DNA of 30,573 nucleotides from an uncultured Candidatus Saccharibacteria bacterium (GCA_964638435.1 CAZXAY010000010.1:1-30573), one strand, 5' to 3'; counted from the stretch's first letter, positions 15,849 through 24,691 are shown. Numbers and translations: made by a program. The notes: generated from the letters alone by a model not told the origin.

Positions 15849-16126
15849 ATGTTTTCAAAATCTCCGTTAAAGTCTGATAAGACTTTTGCTAATTCTTTTA
15901 TATCATTATTATTAAATTGGTTATGCATTTTGCTTTTTGTTGAGTTTTGGCTAATAACCACATTCATATTTGTTAACTCATGGCCATTTTGACAATTCAC
16001 CCCCAAAAAAAATATATTACCCCAAAATCCTTTTAGTTTTATCTCGGGTATTTGGTATTTGCGGTGGCAAATTGGGCAAGAGAGAATCTTTTGAGCTTGT
16101 TTAATAATTTCGTCTAATTCTCTCAT
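15836..16126 (-). CDS. small zinc-ribbon protein
   Basis: MRELDEII...CPICHRKY...CQNGH: CxxC...CxxGH. The ORF-track N-terminal extension to 16219 crosses a terminator hairpin. Confidence 0.45.
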   Translation of the reverse strand: MRELDEIIKQAQKILSCPICHRKYQIPEIKLKGFWGNIFFLGVNCQNGHELTNMNVVISQNSTKSKMHNQFNNNDIKELAKVLSDFNGDFENIWKK

Positions 16127-16208
16127 AAACTTCCATTTTATTGTTATTATTGTAGGATTTATTAACACTATATCAAAATATATTAATAAAATCAACCCAT
16201 ATTTAATA

Positions 16209-16244
16209 AAACACCCCATTCAACTTTGCTTAGGGTGTTTTTTG
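16209..16244. terminator. bidirectional rho-independent terminator
   Basis: AACACCCC ... GGGTGTTTTTT on the + strand. On the - strand it reads AAAACACCC...GGGGTGTTTTATT. Lies downstream of tRNA-Gln (minus strand). Confidence 0.6.
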
Positions 16245-16344
16245 GCTTCGGGACTTGGATTTTCACACCGCCTATCTTGCCCCGTCCTTTTTTCAAGGCG
16301 GGGTAAAGGTGGGGTAAGCCAAGATTGACGGCTTTCCAGTACAA

Positions 16345-16419
16345 GGCTCGGGGACCAGGATTCGAACCTGGATTCACAGCTTCAAAGGCTGCTGTCCTAC
16401 CATTAGACGATCCCCGAGC
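16345..16419 (-). tRNA. tRNA-Gln (anticodon UUG)
   Basis: Minus-strand sequence GCTCGGGGATCGTCTAATGGTAGGACAGCAGCCTTTGAAGCTGTGAATCCAGGTTCGAATCCTGGTCCCCGAGCC. 7-bp acceptor stem. Anticodon arm GCAGC-CTTTGAA-GCTGT. T-arm CCAGG-TTCGAAT-CCTGG. No encoded CCA. Confidence 0.85.
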
Positions 16420-16530
16420 ACTATACGGGATTTCACGTCGGCCGCTGCTTGCCGTGTACCGAACTTTATTCTGGTGCGGGGTCATTTACCACCCCGCTGA
16501 GGTGGGGCAAATTAGACGATCCCAGAATAT
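16420..16530 (-). ncRNA. GC-rich structured segment upstream of tRNA-Gln (leader or unclassified small RNA)
   Basis: About 110 nt, markedly GC-rich and stop-free on both strands. Hairpins: CCACC-TCAGCGG-GGTGG and GGGGT...ACCCC. It starts with GGGATCGTCTAAT, a 13-nt copy of the tRNA 5' end. Shares the 7-mer AAGCAGC with SRP RNA, but no SRP fold could be fitted. Confidence 0.3.
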
Positions 16531-16554
16531 ATTAACAGTTTAACAAATAAATAT

Positions 16555-16582
16555 TGACTTGGCAAGTAAAATTTGCTATGAT
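16555..16582 (+). promoter_or_regulatory. sigma70 promoter of rnpB
   Basis: TTGACT (16555-16560), 17-nt spacer, TATGAT (16577-16582). Predicted TSS about 7 nt downstream coincides with the start of the RNase P RNA P1 helix. Confidence 0.7.
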
Positions 16583-16592
16583 ATATATGCTT

Positions 16593-17014
16593 TAGTAGTA
16601 AAGATTATCGCTCCGATGTAAATCGGGGAGGAAAGTCCGAGCACTTCAAACAATTTACCACGTGTAAACGTGGCCGTCGCAAGACGAGGGAATAGTGTCA
16701 CAGAAATTATACCGCCTAACTATTGCTTGCAATAGTGGTAAGGTTGAAATCGTGAGCCCCTCAATTAAGAGGGGATAGCCTCGAACATTCGGGGTAAAGT
16801 AAGAGCTCACGCGTTTAATTGGTAACAATTAACTGGGTAAACCCTAAATGGTGCAAGTCAGGTGGGTCCGATCATCATCAAAAAGTTAGTTTGGCTCGAT
16901 GTCCACGGATCCTGACGCTTAGACCTCGCCTTTATAGGCGGGGCAAGATAGATGATAATCTAACCTTTTGAGGTAACTCATAGGTAAACAGAACTCGGCT
17001 TATTTACTACTACA
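16593..17014 (+). ncRNA. rnpB: RNase P RNA (bacterial type A)
   Basis: P1 pairing AGTAGTAAA (16596-16604) with TTTACTACT (17004-17012). P4 5' strand GGAGGAAAGTCCGAGC. Conserved ACAGAAATTATACCGCC. GGTAAAGTAAGAGCTCAC. P4 3' strand ACAGAACTCGGCTTAT. Confidence 0.85.
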
Positions 17015-17022
17015 GTATAACA

Positions 17023-17057
17023 AAAACCGCCTATTTAATTAGACGGTTTTTGTTTTT
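17023..17057. terminator. bidirectional terminator between rnpB and the surface-protein gene
   Basis: AAAAACCGCC-TATTTAATTA-GACGGTTTTTGTTTTT. Stem plus T-runs on the + strand, and an A-run/T-run in the reverse reading. Confidence 0.55.
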
Positions 17058-17065
17058 ATCGATCG

Positions 17066-19261
17066 TTACCAGCGAGTTTTATCGTCTTGCTTATCAATGC
17101 TTTCTTTAGGCAACGACTTATCAATATTTATGTTATTGATAGGTTTAACCATTGATGATTCACTTAAGGTTTCTTCTATAGGAACTGACCAGATGGTATA
17201 TCCCCAATAACTTAGTCCTAAGATAGCTAAGCCAATAATTATTGATAAAGTTAGCAACCATCGATTAGTATTTTTAACTTCTTCTGCTTCCAAACCTTCA
17301 GTAACAATCTCAGATGCTTTGATTTTTCCCAATGAATCATCCGCGACTTCGACTATTGTATCTTTATTCTCTTTAATCGTTGTTTGACCAGGAGATTTAG
17401 TTGAACTAATTGATGTTGTTGTGCTGTTTGGTATAGACCCCTCTGATTTATTAGTTATTGAGTTAGTTGATTTAGTGCTAATATCTTTTACTTCAATACT
17501 AAATATTTGGCTTGCATTACCTGATATAACCTTAACTTTGTAATTACCAACTTTGTTAGCCATAAATCTGCCAGTTGAATCAATTGTTGCATTATCCAGA
17601 CCCTCAACTACAATCCAAGCAAGGTTTGGGTTAGACAATAAATTATTGTCTGCATCATAAGCATTGGCACTAAATTGATGGATAGTATTAATATAGATTA
17701 TTTCTGTAGTACTAATAATATCAATTCTCGATGGCACCCCGGGATTGTCAATTGTGACACTTGTGGTAATTGATTTATTGCCATATGTAGCAGTAACTTG
17801 CCATGTGCCAACTTTACCAGCATTGTAAATATTGTTGGAAAATGCACCTTTTGGGTCAGTTGTTGAAAAACTTGCTTGGTTAGAAATATCCCAACTATTC
17901 CCATATTGATCTAATGCCCACACAATATATGTTTGTGATTGGTCTGTATTAGATAAATGGGTGTTTATAGGGGAAATAGTCAAGTGATTAATTGTCTCGG
18001 CATGTTTTACAGTAACAATAGTGTTGGTTGAACTTATATTTCCGACAGTGGCGTTAACATCATATGTTCCAACTAGGTTAGTTGTGAATAACCCGTTAGA
18101 ATTAGTTCCAACCCAAAAAATCACATCATTTCTAACATTTCCAAATTGATCGTAAGCAGATGCTGTAAATTGTAAAGTATCGCCTGCTTTGATAGTTTGA
18201 TTTGAATTGGGGGAAATTGTGATGTGATCTAAGGCAGCTGGGTTAATGGTAACATTTACAGAACTAGAACTAATTGATCCGGATGTAGCCTTAATTTGAT
18301 AAGTACCTGCTAAAGTATTACTAAAAAGTCCAGTGTTGTTTGCATTAGTCCAGATAAATGTATCACCAGCGCGGATATTACCATAGCTATCAGTTCCAGT
18401 TACCGTGAATTGAATAGTTTGCCCAGCTATAATAGTTTGCGTGCTACTAGGGGTGATATTTATTGTCCCTAGCGTACCAAAAGCAAAATTAATTACACCA
18501 GAATTACCAGTTTTACCATTATCAGTAACAGTAACAAATTGATTAGCCTGAGAGCTATACGATCTGATAGTTACATTTGCAATCCCATTAGTAAATACAA
18601 TCGGCCCATAATATGGAGTAGTTGCATTTGGTGAGGTAGCTAAACCTGAAAGTGCAGGTGTGCCATTATATGATGTTATCGTATTATTAGAGTTATTCTG
18701 CGCAGTGATGGTTAAATTTACATCATTACCAACTGTCGTGTTTGTAACAGATGGAACTACGTTAAAGTGATCCAATGTTTGAACTTGTCCAATAGTAAAT
18801 AGTGCTGATTGGTTTGGACCATCAATATTTTGACCACTTGAGTTTCTTGTTTCAACGTTTACAGAGTAATTTCCATTTGCTGAAGAATTAATCACATGCA
18901 ATAGCTGAAAAGATATTAGTGATGAATTGCCAATATTACTAGTTGAATCTAATGTTAAAAACACTGTATCAACAACTTTAGTAATAGTTGGATTACCAAG
19001 ATTACCTGAATATCCTCCTAATGTTACGTTATTGAGGTTAAATCCAGCTGGGTAGGTGATTTTGATCATTCCACCCTGAGGGATCGCTCCAACACTAGAG
19101 GTTCTAAAAGTTACAGTGTGATTAGTCGAAACTGCTGGGGTAGTTGAGTCTGGAGTTAATGTAAATTCACTAATGTTAGCAGCATATGCATTATTAGTAG
19201 CAAAAAGTGTTATGATTCCTAATATAACAAATGTAATACTTAGTTTAAGTAATTTAATCAT
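17066..19261 (-). CDS. cell-surface protein with signal peptide, multiple Ig-like (Big_2-type) repeats and C-terminal TM anchor
   Basis: N-terminal signal MIKLLKLSITFVILGIITLFATNNAYA. Repeated about 80-aa modules (ITISPNSNQTIKAGDTLQFTASAYDQFGN...; INITPSSTQTIIAGQTIQFTVTGTDSYGN...; IDIISTTEIIYINTIHQFSANAYDADNN...). C-terminal RWLLTLSIIIGLAILGLSYWGYTIW TM helix plus a charged tail. Confidence 0.7.
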   Translation of the reverse strand: MIKLLKLSITFVILGIITLFATNNAYAANISEFTLTPDSTTPAVSTNHTVTFRTSSVGAIPQGGMIKITYPAGFNLNNVTLGGYSGNLGNPTITKVVDTVFLTLDSTSNIGNSSLISFQLLHVINSSANGNYSVNVETRNSSGQNIDGPNQSALFTIGQVQTLDHFNVVPSVTNTTVGNDVNLTITAQNNSNNTITSYNGTPALSGLATSPNATTPYYGPIVFTNGIANVTIRSYSSQANQFVTVTDNGKTGNSGVINFAFGTLGTINITPSSTQTIIAGQTIQFTVTGTDSYGNIRAGDTFIWTNANNTGLFSNTLAGTYQIKATSGSISSSSVNVTINPAALDHITISPNSNQTIKAGDTLQFTASAYDQFGNVRNDVIFWVGTNSNGLFTTNLVGTYDVNATVGNISSTNTIVTVKHAETINHLTISPINTHLSNTDQSQTYIVWALDQYGNSWDISNQASFSTTDPKGAFSNNIYNAGKVGTWQVTATYGNKSITTSVTIDNPGVPSRIDIISTTEIIYINTIHQFSANAYDADNNLLSNPNLAWIVVEGLDNATIDSTGRFMANKVGNYKVKVISGNASQIFSIEVKDISTKSTNSITNKSEGSIPNSTTTSISSTKSPGQTTIKENKDTIVEVADDSLGKIKASEIVTEGLEAEEVKNTNRWLLTLSIIIGLAILGLSYWGYTIWSVPIEETLSESSMVKPINNINIDKSLPKESIDKQDDKTRW

Positions 19262-19550
19262 TCTTGTTCCTTCTTATTAGATTATCGACCGTAGTTCTCA
19301 ATTTAATTGAATAATAATTAATCAAACTAAAAATAACTTGTAAACTTGTTTGACAGATAGAAGCCCATCCATCAATTTACAAAAGGTAATACTTTGATTA
19401 TTATTAGGATTTATCAAAAGAATTCTAAACAGATAGTATTTACCATCCGTACGTAAAACAAATCCTAGTTATTCACCCAATAAATATGAGATTAACTTTA
19501 TTGTATAAGGTTTAAAATCATTGTCAATATATATTACGTACGCAAAATTA

Positions 19551-19572
19551 ATACCCCTAGAATTAGGGGTAT
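19551..19572 (-). terminator. perfect hairpin downstream of the lipoprotein gene
   Basis: ATACCCCTA-GAAT-TAGGGGTAT: 9-bp perfect stem. Lies just 3' of the minus-strand CDS that ends at 19596. Confidence 0.5.
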
Positions 19573-19595
19573 ACTGGTTAGGTGCATTATTATGA

Positions 19596-19982
19596 TTATT
19601 TAGGGATTAATTTGACAGTATAAGAGAAGGTTGGAGTGGTTGGTGTGATATTTTGCTCGTCAGTGTTATACAAGGCGTGCTGGGTAGTGATTTTGTAGAG
19701 TTGGACTGTCATATTTTTTGCTACCGCATTCCCAGATGAGTCTGATTCGGTTTTGATGTTAGTAGGTGTAAATGTTACGTTAGCTTGATTAATTGGTGCA
19801 TTGTTGGAATTATTTAGTACTTTGATGGTAATTTCGGTTTTGTCTGGATCTGGTGTTGGGCTAGGTAGAGCACCACCTGAGGTTGAATAATAGTTATTAG
19901 TACTGCCACCACCTACGGAGCACCCTATAGCATAAAGTACAACAATGCAGAAAACCACAATTACAAAAATAATTTTCACCAC
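19596..19982 (-). CDS. small secreted lipoprotein (GTG start)
   Basis: AAGGAGG lies 8 nt upstream of the GTG at 19982. Signal peptide (M)VKIIFVIVVFCIVVLYAIGC with lipobox AIGC. The ORF-track extension to 20057 has no RBS and translates through an inverted-repeat element. Confidence 0.6.
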   Translation of the reverse strand: MVKIIFVIVVFCIVVLYAIGCSVGGGSTNNYYSTSGGALPSPTPDPDKTEITIKVLNNSNNAPINQANVTFTPTNIKTESDSSGNAVAKNMTVQLYKITTQHALYNTDEQNITPTTPTFSYTVKLIPK

Positions 19983-20030
19983 AAAAATCGCCTCCTTAAT
20001 CATTTGATTTATGTAAATGTGTCTTCCTAA

Positions 20031-20242
20031 CCTGATGGGTCTGTCGCCAAACATCATTTTGGCTGAAAATTACCATATTTGGCTGTGGTTCGACTTTGCT
20101 CACCATCCTGAGCCTGTCGAAGGACAAACTTCATTATATTCCTCTGCTTATCACCTGATAGGCATCGTCATCTACTAAAGTTTTCGCTCAAATGTGATTA
20201 ATTTTCATTCCCAAAGCACATTCGGCGACAGACCTCTGATAG
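20031..20242. mobile_element. MITE-like element with ~20-bp imperfect terminal inverted repeats
   Basis: CCTGATGGGTCTGTCGCC (20031-20048) versus reverse complement of GGCGACAGACCTCTGATAGG (20223-20242). The 11-bp core GGTCTGTCGCC / GGCGACAGACC is perfect. Internal CTGATAGG motif is repeated. No ORF. Confidence 0.4.
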
Positions 20243-20251
20243 GAAATCTAC

Positions 20252-20422
20252 CAAGATATTAACCTAAAAAATTCTTCTTGTCAAGAAGATTGCTAAATCT
20301 TAAATCATAAATCTAAAATCTAAAATTGTTTAGAGTACTTTTTTGAGATATTGGCCAGTAAAAGAAGTTTTTACTTTAACAACTTCTTCTGGAGTTCCTT
20401 GAGCAACAATTTGTCCGCCCAT
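20252..20422. repeat. 171-bp direct repeat (left copy) = target duplication of the IS
   Basis: Identical by eye to 22026-22196 (171 bp). Includes a copy of the last ~94 nt of uvrA plus downstream sequence. Confidence 0.85.
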
Positions 20423-22025
20423 CCCGACTTGTAACATTCTGTTTTTTAAAAGAAATTTGATTGATTATCTAACCATATAACTTGTTTCAAAACTCATTTT
20501 TTGTCATACTAATGGCATGTTTCATATTAGAATAACAAAAACTGCTTCATTATCAAGCGCTGTTCAAGTAGTTCGCTATGAACAACGTAGATTAATTGTT
20601 GTAAAACATATTGGTAGTGCCCATACCTCAGAAGATATTAAGGCGCTAAAATTAATTGCGCGCGAGTGGATAGAAAAGAAGTCTAAACAGCACTCTCTTT
20701 TCCTTGCACAAAAAACAACAGCTTCTCGATTTATCTCTTTGGAGAAAAGCCAGTTTTTGGGAACTCGTTATCCTTTTATTCATCAATTTCTGACCAAAAT
20801 ATCTAGTCGATTTAACTTTGAAAAATTAAATTGTAATTTACTTACCGATTTAGTGATTATCCGTATTATTGAGCCTGCGTCTCTTCTGCGTTCCACAGAG
20901 CTTTTAGACGAGTTGTTTGGTATTAAATATTGGCGTGAGGATTTCTATCGTTATTTGCCACATTTTATCGGCTGGAAAGAAAAAATAGAAGAATGTGCGC
21001 TAACTTTAGCAAAAAGAGAACTTAAGTTCAATTTTACACTCGTCTTTTATGATGTAACAACTTTGTATTTTGAATCATTTAAAGCTGATAATCTAAGAAA
21101 ACCTGGTTTTTCTAAAGATGGTAAATCTGCCCAACCTCAAATCTTAATCGGTTTGCTTGTAAGCTCTGAGGGGTTTCCTGTCGCCTATGAAATATATGAG
21201 GGCAATAAATTTGAAGGTCATACTTTAATTCCTTCTATCTCAAATTTTCAACAAAAATATGAGATCAAAACACTGACAGTTGTCGCTGATGCAGCCATGA
21301 TCAGTTCTGACAATATTAAAGCCCTAAAAGGAAATCAGCTTTCATACATCGTGGGTGCTAGAATTACTAATCTTCCCAAGTTAGTAATAGATGAGATTAA
21401 TAAGAAACTTAAACCTGAAGATGGGACAACCATCAGAATAATATCCAAACATGGAATTTTAGTCTGCGGTTTTTCAACTAAGAGGTATAACAAGGACAAA
21501 CGCGAGATGGAAAAGCAAATCGCTAAAGCAACAATATTACTTAAGTATCCGACAAAAGCCAAGCGTACAAAATTTGTTAAAAGTAAAACTAAAACTAGCT
21601 TTGAGTTAAACAAAACGTTAATTGAAAAAACTAAAAAACTCCTTGGGATTAAAGGATATTACACAAATCTTAATGAAGTTGATGATCAAACTATCATCGC
21701 CAGGTATCATGATCTTTGGCACGTTGAACAGGCTTTTAGAATAGCAAAAAATGATCTCGAGACTCGTCCCGTTTATCATTTTAAAGAAGATCCTATTAAA
21801 GTTCATATTATGATCTGCTTTATGGCTTTGGCCGTTTGCAAATATCTAGAGATCAAAACTGGTAAATCAATTAAGAACATTATCAAATTATTTAAAAGTG
21901 TGGTAGATGCCCGAATTCTGAATACTGTAACAAGAGAAGAAATCACAATGCAATCTGTTATATCAAAAGAAGTGAAAGATATTTTAGAAATATTAAGATT
22001 GCCATACTAATTGTTACAAGTCGGG
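20423..22025 (+). mobile_element. IS4-superfamily / IS1634-family insertion sequence
   Basis: Terminal inverted repeats CCCGACTTGTAACA (20423-20436) and TGTTACAAGTCGGG (22012-22025), 14/14. Single DDE transposase ORF. Flanked by a 171-bp direct duplication. Long variable target duplications are a hallmark of IS1634-like elements. Confidence 0.8.
20517..22010 (+). CDS. DDE transposase, IS4/IS1634 family
   Basis: 497 aa. Candidate catalytic D in FYDVTTLYFES and VADAAM. C-terminal YHDLWHVEQAFRIAK fits the IS4 Y-x2-[R]-x3-E-x6-K signature (here L replaces R). Confidence 0.75.
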   Translation: MFHIRITKTASLSSAVQVVRYEQRRLIVVKHIGSAHTSEDIKALKLIAREWIEKKSKQHSLFLAQKTTASRFISLEKSQFLGTRYPFIHQFLTKISSRFNFEKLNCNLLTDLVIIRIIEPASLLRSTELLDELFGIKYWREDFYRYLPHFIGWKEKIEECALTLAKRELKFNFTLVFYDVTTLYFESFKADNLRKPGFSKDGKSAQPQILIGLLVSSEGFPVAYEIYEGNKFEGHTLIPSISNFQQKYEIKTLTVVADAAMISSDNIKALKGNQLSYIVGARITNLPKLVIDEINKKLKPEDGTTIRIISKHGILVCGFSTKRYNKDKREMEKQIAKATILLKYPTKAKRTKFVKSKTKTSFELNKTLIEKTKKLLGIKGYYTNLNEVDDQTIIARYHDLWHVEQAFRIAKNDLETRPVYHFKEDPIKVHIMICFMALAVCKYLEIKTGKSIKNIIKLFKSVVDARILNTVTREEITMQSVISKEVKDILEILRLPY

Positions 22026-22196
22026 AAGATATTAACCTAAAAAATTCTTCTTGTCAAGAAGATTGCTAAATCTTAAATCATAAATCTAAAATCTAAAATT
22101 GTTTAGAGTACTTTTTTGAGATATTGGCCAGTAAAAGAAGTTTTTACTTTAACAACTTCTTCTGGAGTTCCTTGAGCAACAATTTGTCCGCCCATG
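22026..22196. repeat. 171-bp direct repeat (right copy), contiguous with intact uvrA 3' end
   Basis: Matches 20252-20422. Confidence 0.85.
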
Positions 22197-24601
22197 TCAC
22201 CACCGTCTGGTCCCATATCAATTATATGGTCAGCACATTTGATTACATCCATATTATGTTCGATGACTAAGACTGTATTACCTTTATCAACTAATGCCTG
22301 AAGGACTTTTAGTAAACGGTCTATATCTTCAAAATGTAAGCCAGTAGTTGGTTCATCAAGAATATACAAAGTTTGACCTGTATCTTGTCTAGCAAGCTCA
22401 GTAGCTAATTTAACACGTTGGGCCTCACCACCAGAGAGAGTTGTAGCTGATTGACCTAACTTCATATAACCAAGCCCAACAGCAGACAATACCGAAAGTT
22501 TAGTATTTAATATTGGTACGTCTTTAAAAAACTGCCAAACATCATCTATGGTCATTTCTAGAACATCAGCAATATTTTTGCCTTTATGGTAAATGTCTAA
22601 TACTTCCTTATTATATCTACGACCGTGACATGTATCACAAGTAATATAAACGTCTGGTAAAAAGTGCATTTCGAATTTAATAACCCCATCTCCTTTACAA
22701 TTTTCGCATCGACCACCTTTAACGTTAAAGGAAAAATGACCAGAATTATAGTTTCTTTTAACTGCTTCTGTGTTAGATGTAAAAATTTCTCTTATTGTTG
22801 TAAAAACACCAGTATAAGTTGCGGGGTTACTGCGAGGTGTTCTACCAATAGCCGATTGGTCAATGTTAATTACTTTATCAATAAATTGGGTACCAATTAA
22901 TGCTTTGTGAGCTCCGGGCTCAGATTTGGCATGGTGGAATTTTTTAGACAATGCTTTAGCGAGAATGTCAGAAACCAAGGTTGATTTACCACTTCCAGAA
23001 ACACCTGTAATACAAGTAAATGTGTTCAAGGGTATCTTTACGTCAATATTTTTTAAATTATGTTCTGTAGCACCTTTAATAATTAAATACTTATTATTTG
23101 TTGTGCGGCGTTTTTTTGGAATCATTATCCCTTTTTTACCAGTTAAATATTGACCAGTTAATGAATTGGGATCATTTTTAATCTCTTGGGGTGTCCCTTG
23201 AGCCATCACTTTACCGCCTAGCTCGCCGGCTCCGGGGCCAATATCAATTATATAATCTGCAGCATCCATAGTTTGTTTATCATGTTCGACTACAATTACT
23301 GTATTATCTAGGTCGCGTAACCTAAATAGATTTTTAATTAATTTTTCTTGATCCCTTTCGTGTAACCCAATGGATGGTTCATCAAGAATATATATAACAC
23401 CCGTTAGATATGATCCAAGTTGAGTTGCCAGACGAATTCTTTGTGCTTCACCACCAGCAAGACTTTCAGCATTACGATCAAGAGTTAGGTAGGATAAACC
23501 AACTTCGATGATAAATTTTAACCTTTTAATAATATCATTAACGATTTGCTCAACTATCTTTTTTTCTGTAACAGACAATTTTGAATTTAATTTATTAAAA
23601 AAATCTAATATTTGGGTAATATTCATTGCAGAAATTTCTACAATATTTTTTTTATCGATTGTAACTTTTAAGATCTCTTGTTTAAGTCTTTTACCACCAC
23701 AAACTGGGCAGATTCGTTTAACCATATATTTTTCGATTTCGTTTTGAATATAATCAGAATCTGTTTCTTTGTACCTTTTTTCTAGGTTTGGGATTACTCC
23801 TTCAAAATATTTACTATCTGTTGGTACACCAAAACCATCTAAAATAACTTTTCTAATTTGTTTTGTAAGATGACTCACAGGTGTTTCTAAACTAAAATGA
23901 AAATCTTGTGCAAGTTTTTGCAAAGCTTTATTATACCAACTACTATGTGATGTTGTCCGGCTCCAAGGTCTAATAGCACCTTCGGATATGGTAAGTCTTA
24001 AATTTGGTAAAACTAACTTAGGATCGACTTCTAATCTTTCTCCAAGCCCTTGACAACCAGGGCAGGCACCGCGAGGACTATTAAAAGAAAAGGAACTAAT
24101 ATTAAGTTCAGAAAGAGAATATTGACAATCTAGACATTGATAAATAGTTTGGTTGATTTTATTATTGGCAACTTTTTTGTCTTCTTCATCAGGCTTGATT
24201 ATTTCTATTTCGCGTTTAACTAATTTTTTGCCACAATTAATGCAGTGCGAGATACCAATCCTTGTAAATAATAACCTAAGATAGTCATATATCTCACTCA
24301 TCGTGCCAACAGTGGAACGGGGACTAATACCAGCAGTTTTTTGATCTATAGATAGAGCTGGGGATAAACCTTCTATATAATCAACGTCAGGTTTTTCTAA
24401 TGATCCTAAAAATTGTCTGGCATAATTTGATAATGATTCAACATATCTGCGTTGCCCTTCGGCATATATTGTGTCAAATGCTAGTGACGATTTACCACTA
24501 CCAGAAATACCGGTTAATACAGTAAGTTGGTTTCTAGGAATTTCAACAGTAATATTTTTTAGATTATGTACTCGAGCGCCAACAACTTTGATTTTATCCA
24601 T
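22103..24601 (-). CDS. uvrA: UvrA-family ABC ATPase, short form lacking the UvrB-binding domain
   Basis: Two ABC ATPase modules ([20 protein letters not shown]). Signature LSGGE and Zn modules ([16 protein letters not shown]). Only about 35 aa separate CINCGKK from CLDCQYS, where E. coli UvrA carries the ~130-aa UvrB-binding domain. 832 aa. Confidence 0.8.
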   Translation of the reverse strand: MDKIKVVGARVHNLKNITVEIPRNQLTVLTGISGSGKSSLAFDTIYAEGQRRYVESLSNYARQFLGSLEKPDVDYIEGLSPALSIDQKTAGISPRSTVGTMSEIYDYLRLLFTRIGISHCINCGKKLVKREIEIIKPDEEDKKVANNKINQTIYQCLDCQYSLSELNISSFSFNSPRGACPGCQGLGERLEVDPKLVLPNLRLTISEGAIRPWSRTTSHSSWYNKALQKLAQDFHFSLETPVSHLTKQIRKVILDGFGVPTDSKYFEGVIPNLEKRYKETDSDYIQNEIEKYMVKRICPVCGGKRLKQEILKVTIDKKNIVEISAMNITQILDFFNKLNSKLSVTEKKIVEQIVNDIIKRLKFIIEVGLSYLTLDRNAESLAGGEAQRIRLATQLGSYLTGVIYILDEPSIGLHERDQEKLIKNLFRLRDLDNTVIVVEHDKQTMDAADYIIDIGPGAGELGGKVMAQGTPQEIKNDPNSLTGQYLTGKKGIMIPKKRRTTNNKYLIIKGATEHNLKNIDVKIPLNTFTCITGVSGSGKSTLVSDILAKALSKKFHHAKSEPGAHKALIGTQFIDKVINIDQSAIGRTPRSNPATYTGVFTTIREIFTSNTEAVKRNYNSGHFSFNVKGGRCENCKGDGVIKFEMHFLPDVYITCDTCHGRRYNKEVLDIYHKGKNIADVLEMTIDDVWQFFKDVPILNTKLSVLSAVGLGYMKLGQSATTLSGGEAQRVKLATELARQDTGQTLYILDEPTTGLHFEDIDRLLKVLQALVDKGNTVLVIEHNMDVIKCADHIIDMGPDGGDMGGQIVAQGTPEEVVKVKTSFTGQYLKKVL

Positions 24602-24691
24602 ACGGTCCTTAAAACAAATTCAAATTTCAAAACTCAAATTTTAAATCAAATCCAAATGTTTAAATGTTTTAAAATTAGAATTTAATTAATT

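Noticed and set aside
16256-16344. Second tRNA next to tRNA-Gln
   Set aside because: GGCTT...AAGCC could pair as an acceptor-like stem, but there is no D-arm, no anticodon arm with U33, and no T-loop consensus.
16420-16530. Possible small SRP RNA (4.5S) upstream of tRNA-Gln
   Set aside because: It shares only AAGCAGC with the domain IV consensus. I could not build the GNRA-capped helix 8 with its symmetric and asymmetric loops. Kept only as an unclassified structured segment.
16192-16543. 97-aa (-) and 72-aa (+) ORFs across the tRNA-Gln region
   Set aside because: Both run through a tRNA gene and GC-rich structured RNA sequence. The stop-free frames are compositional artefacts.
20046-20130. 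tRNA-like fragment (GGTTCGACT ... GCTCACCA)
   Set aside because: T-loop-like and CCA-like strings are present, but no complementary T-stem or acceptor stem can be formed.
22664-23747. Plus-strand 75-79-aa ORFs inside uvrA
   Set aside because: They are antisense to uvrA, hydrophobic low-complexity products, with no RBS.
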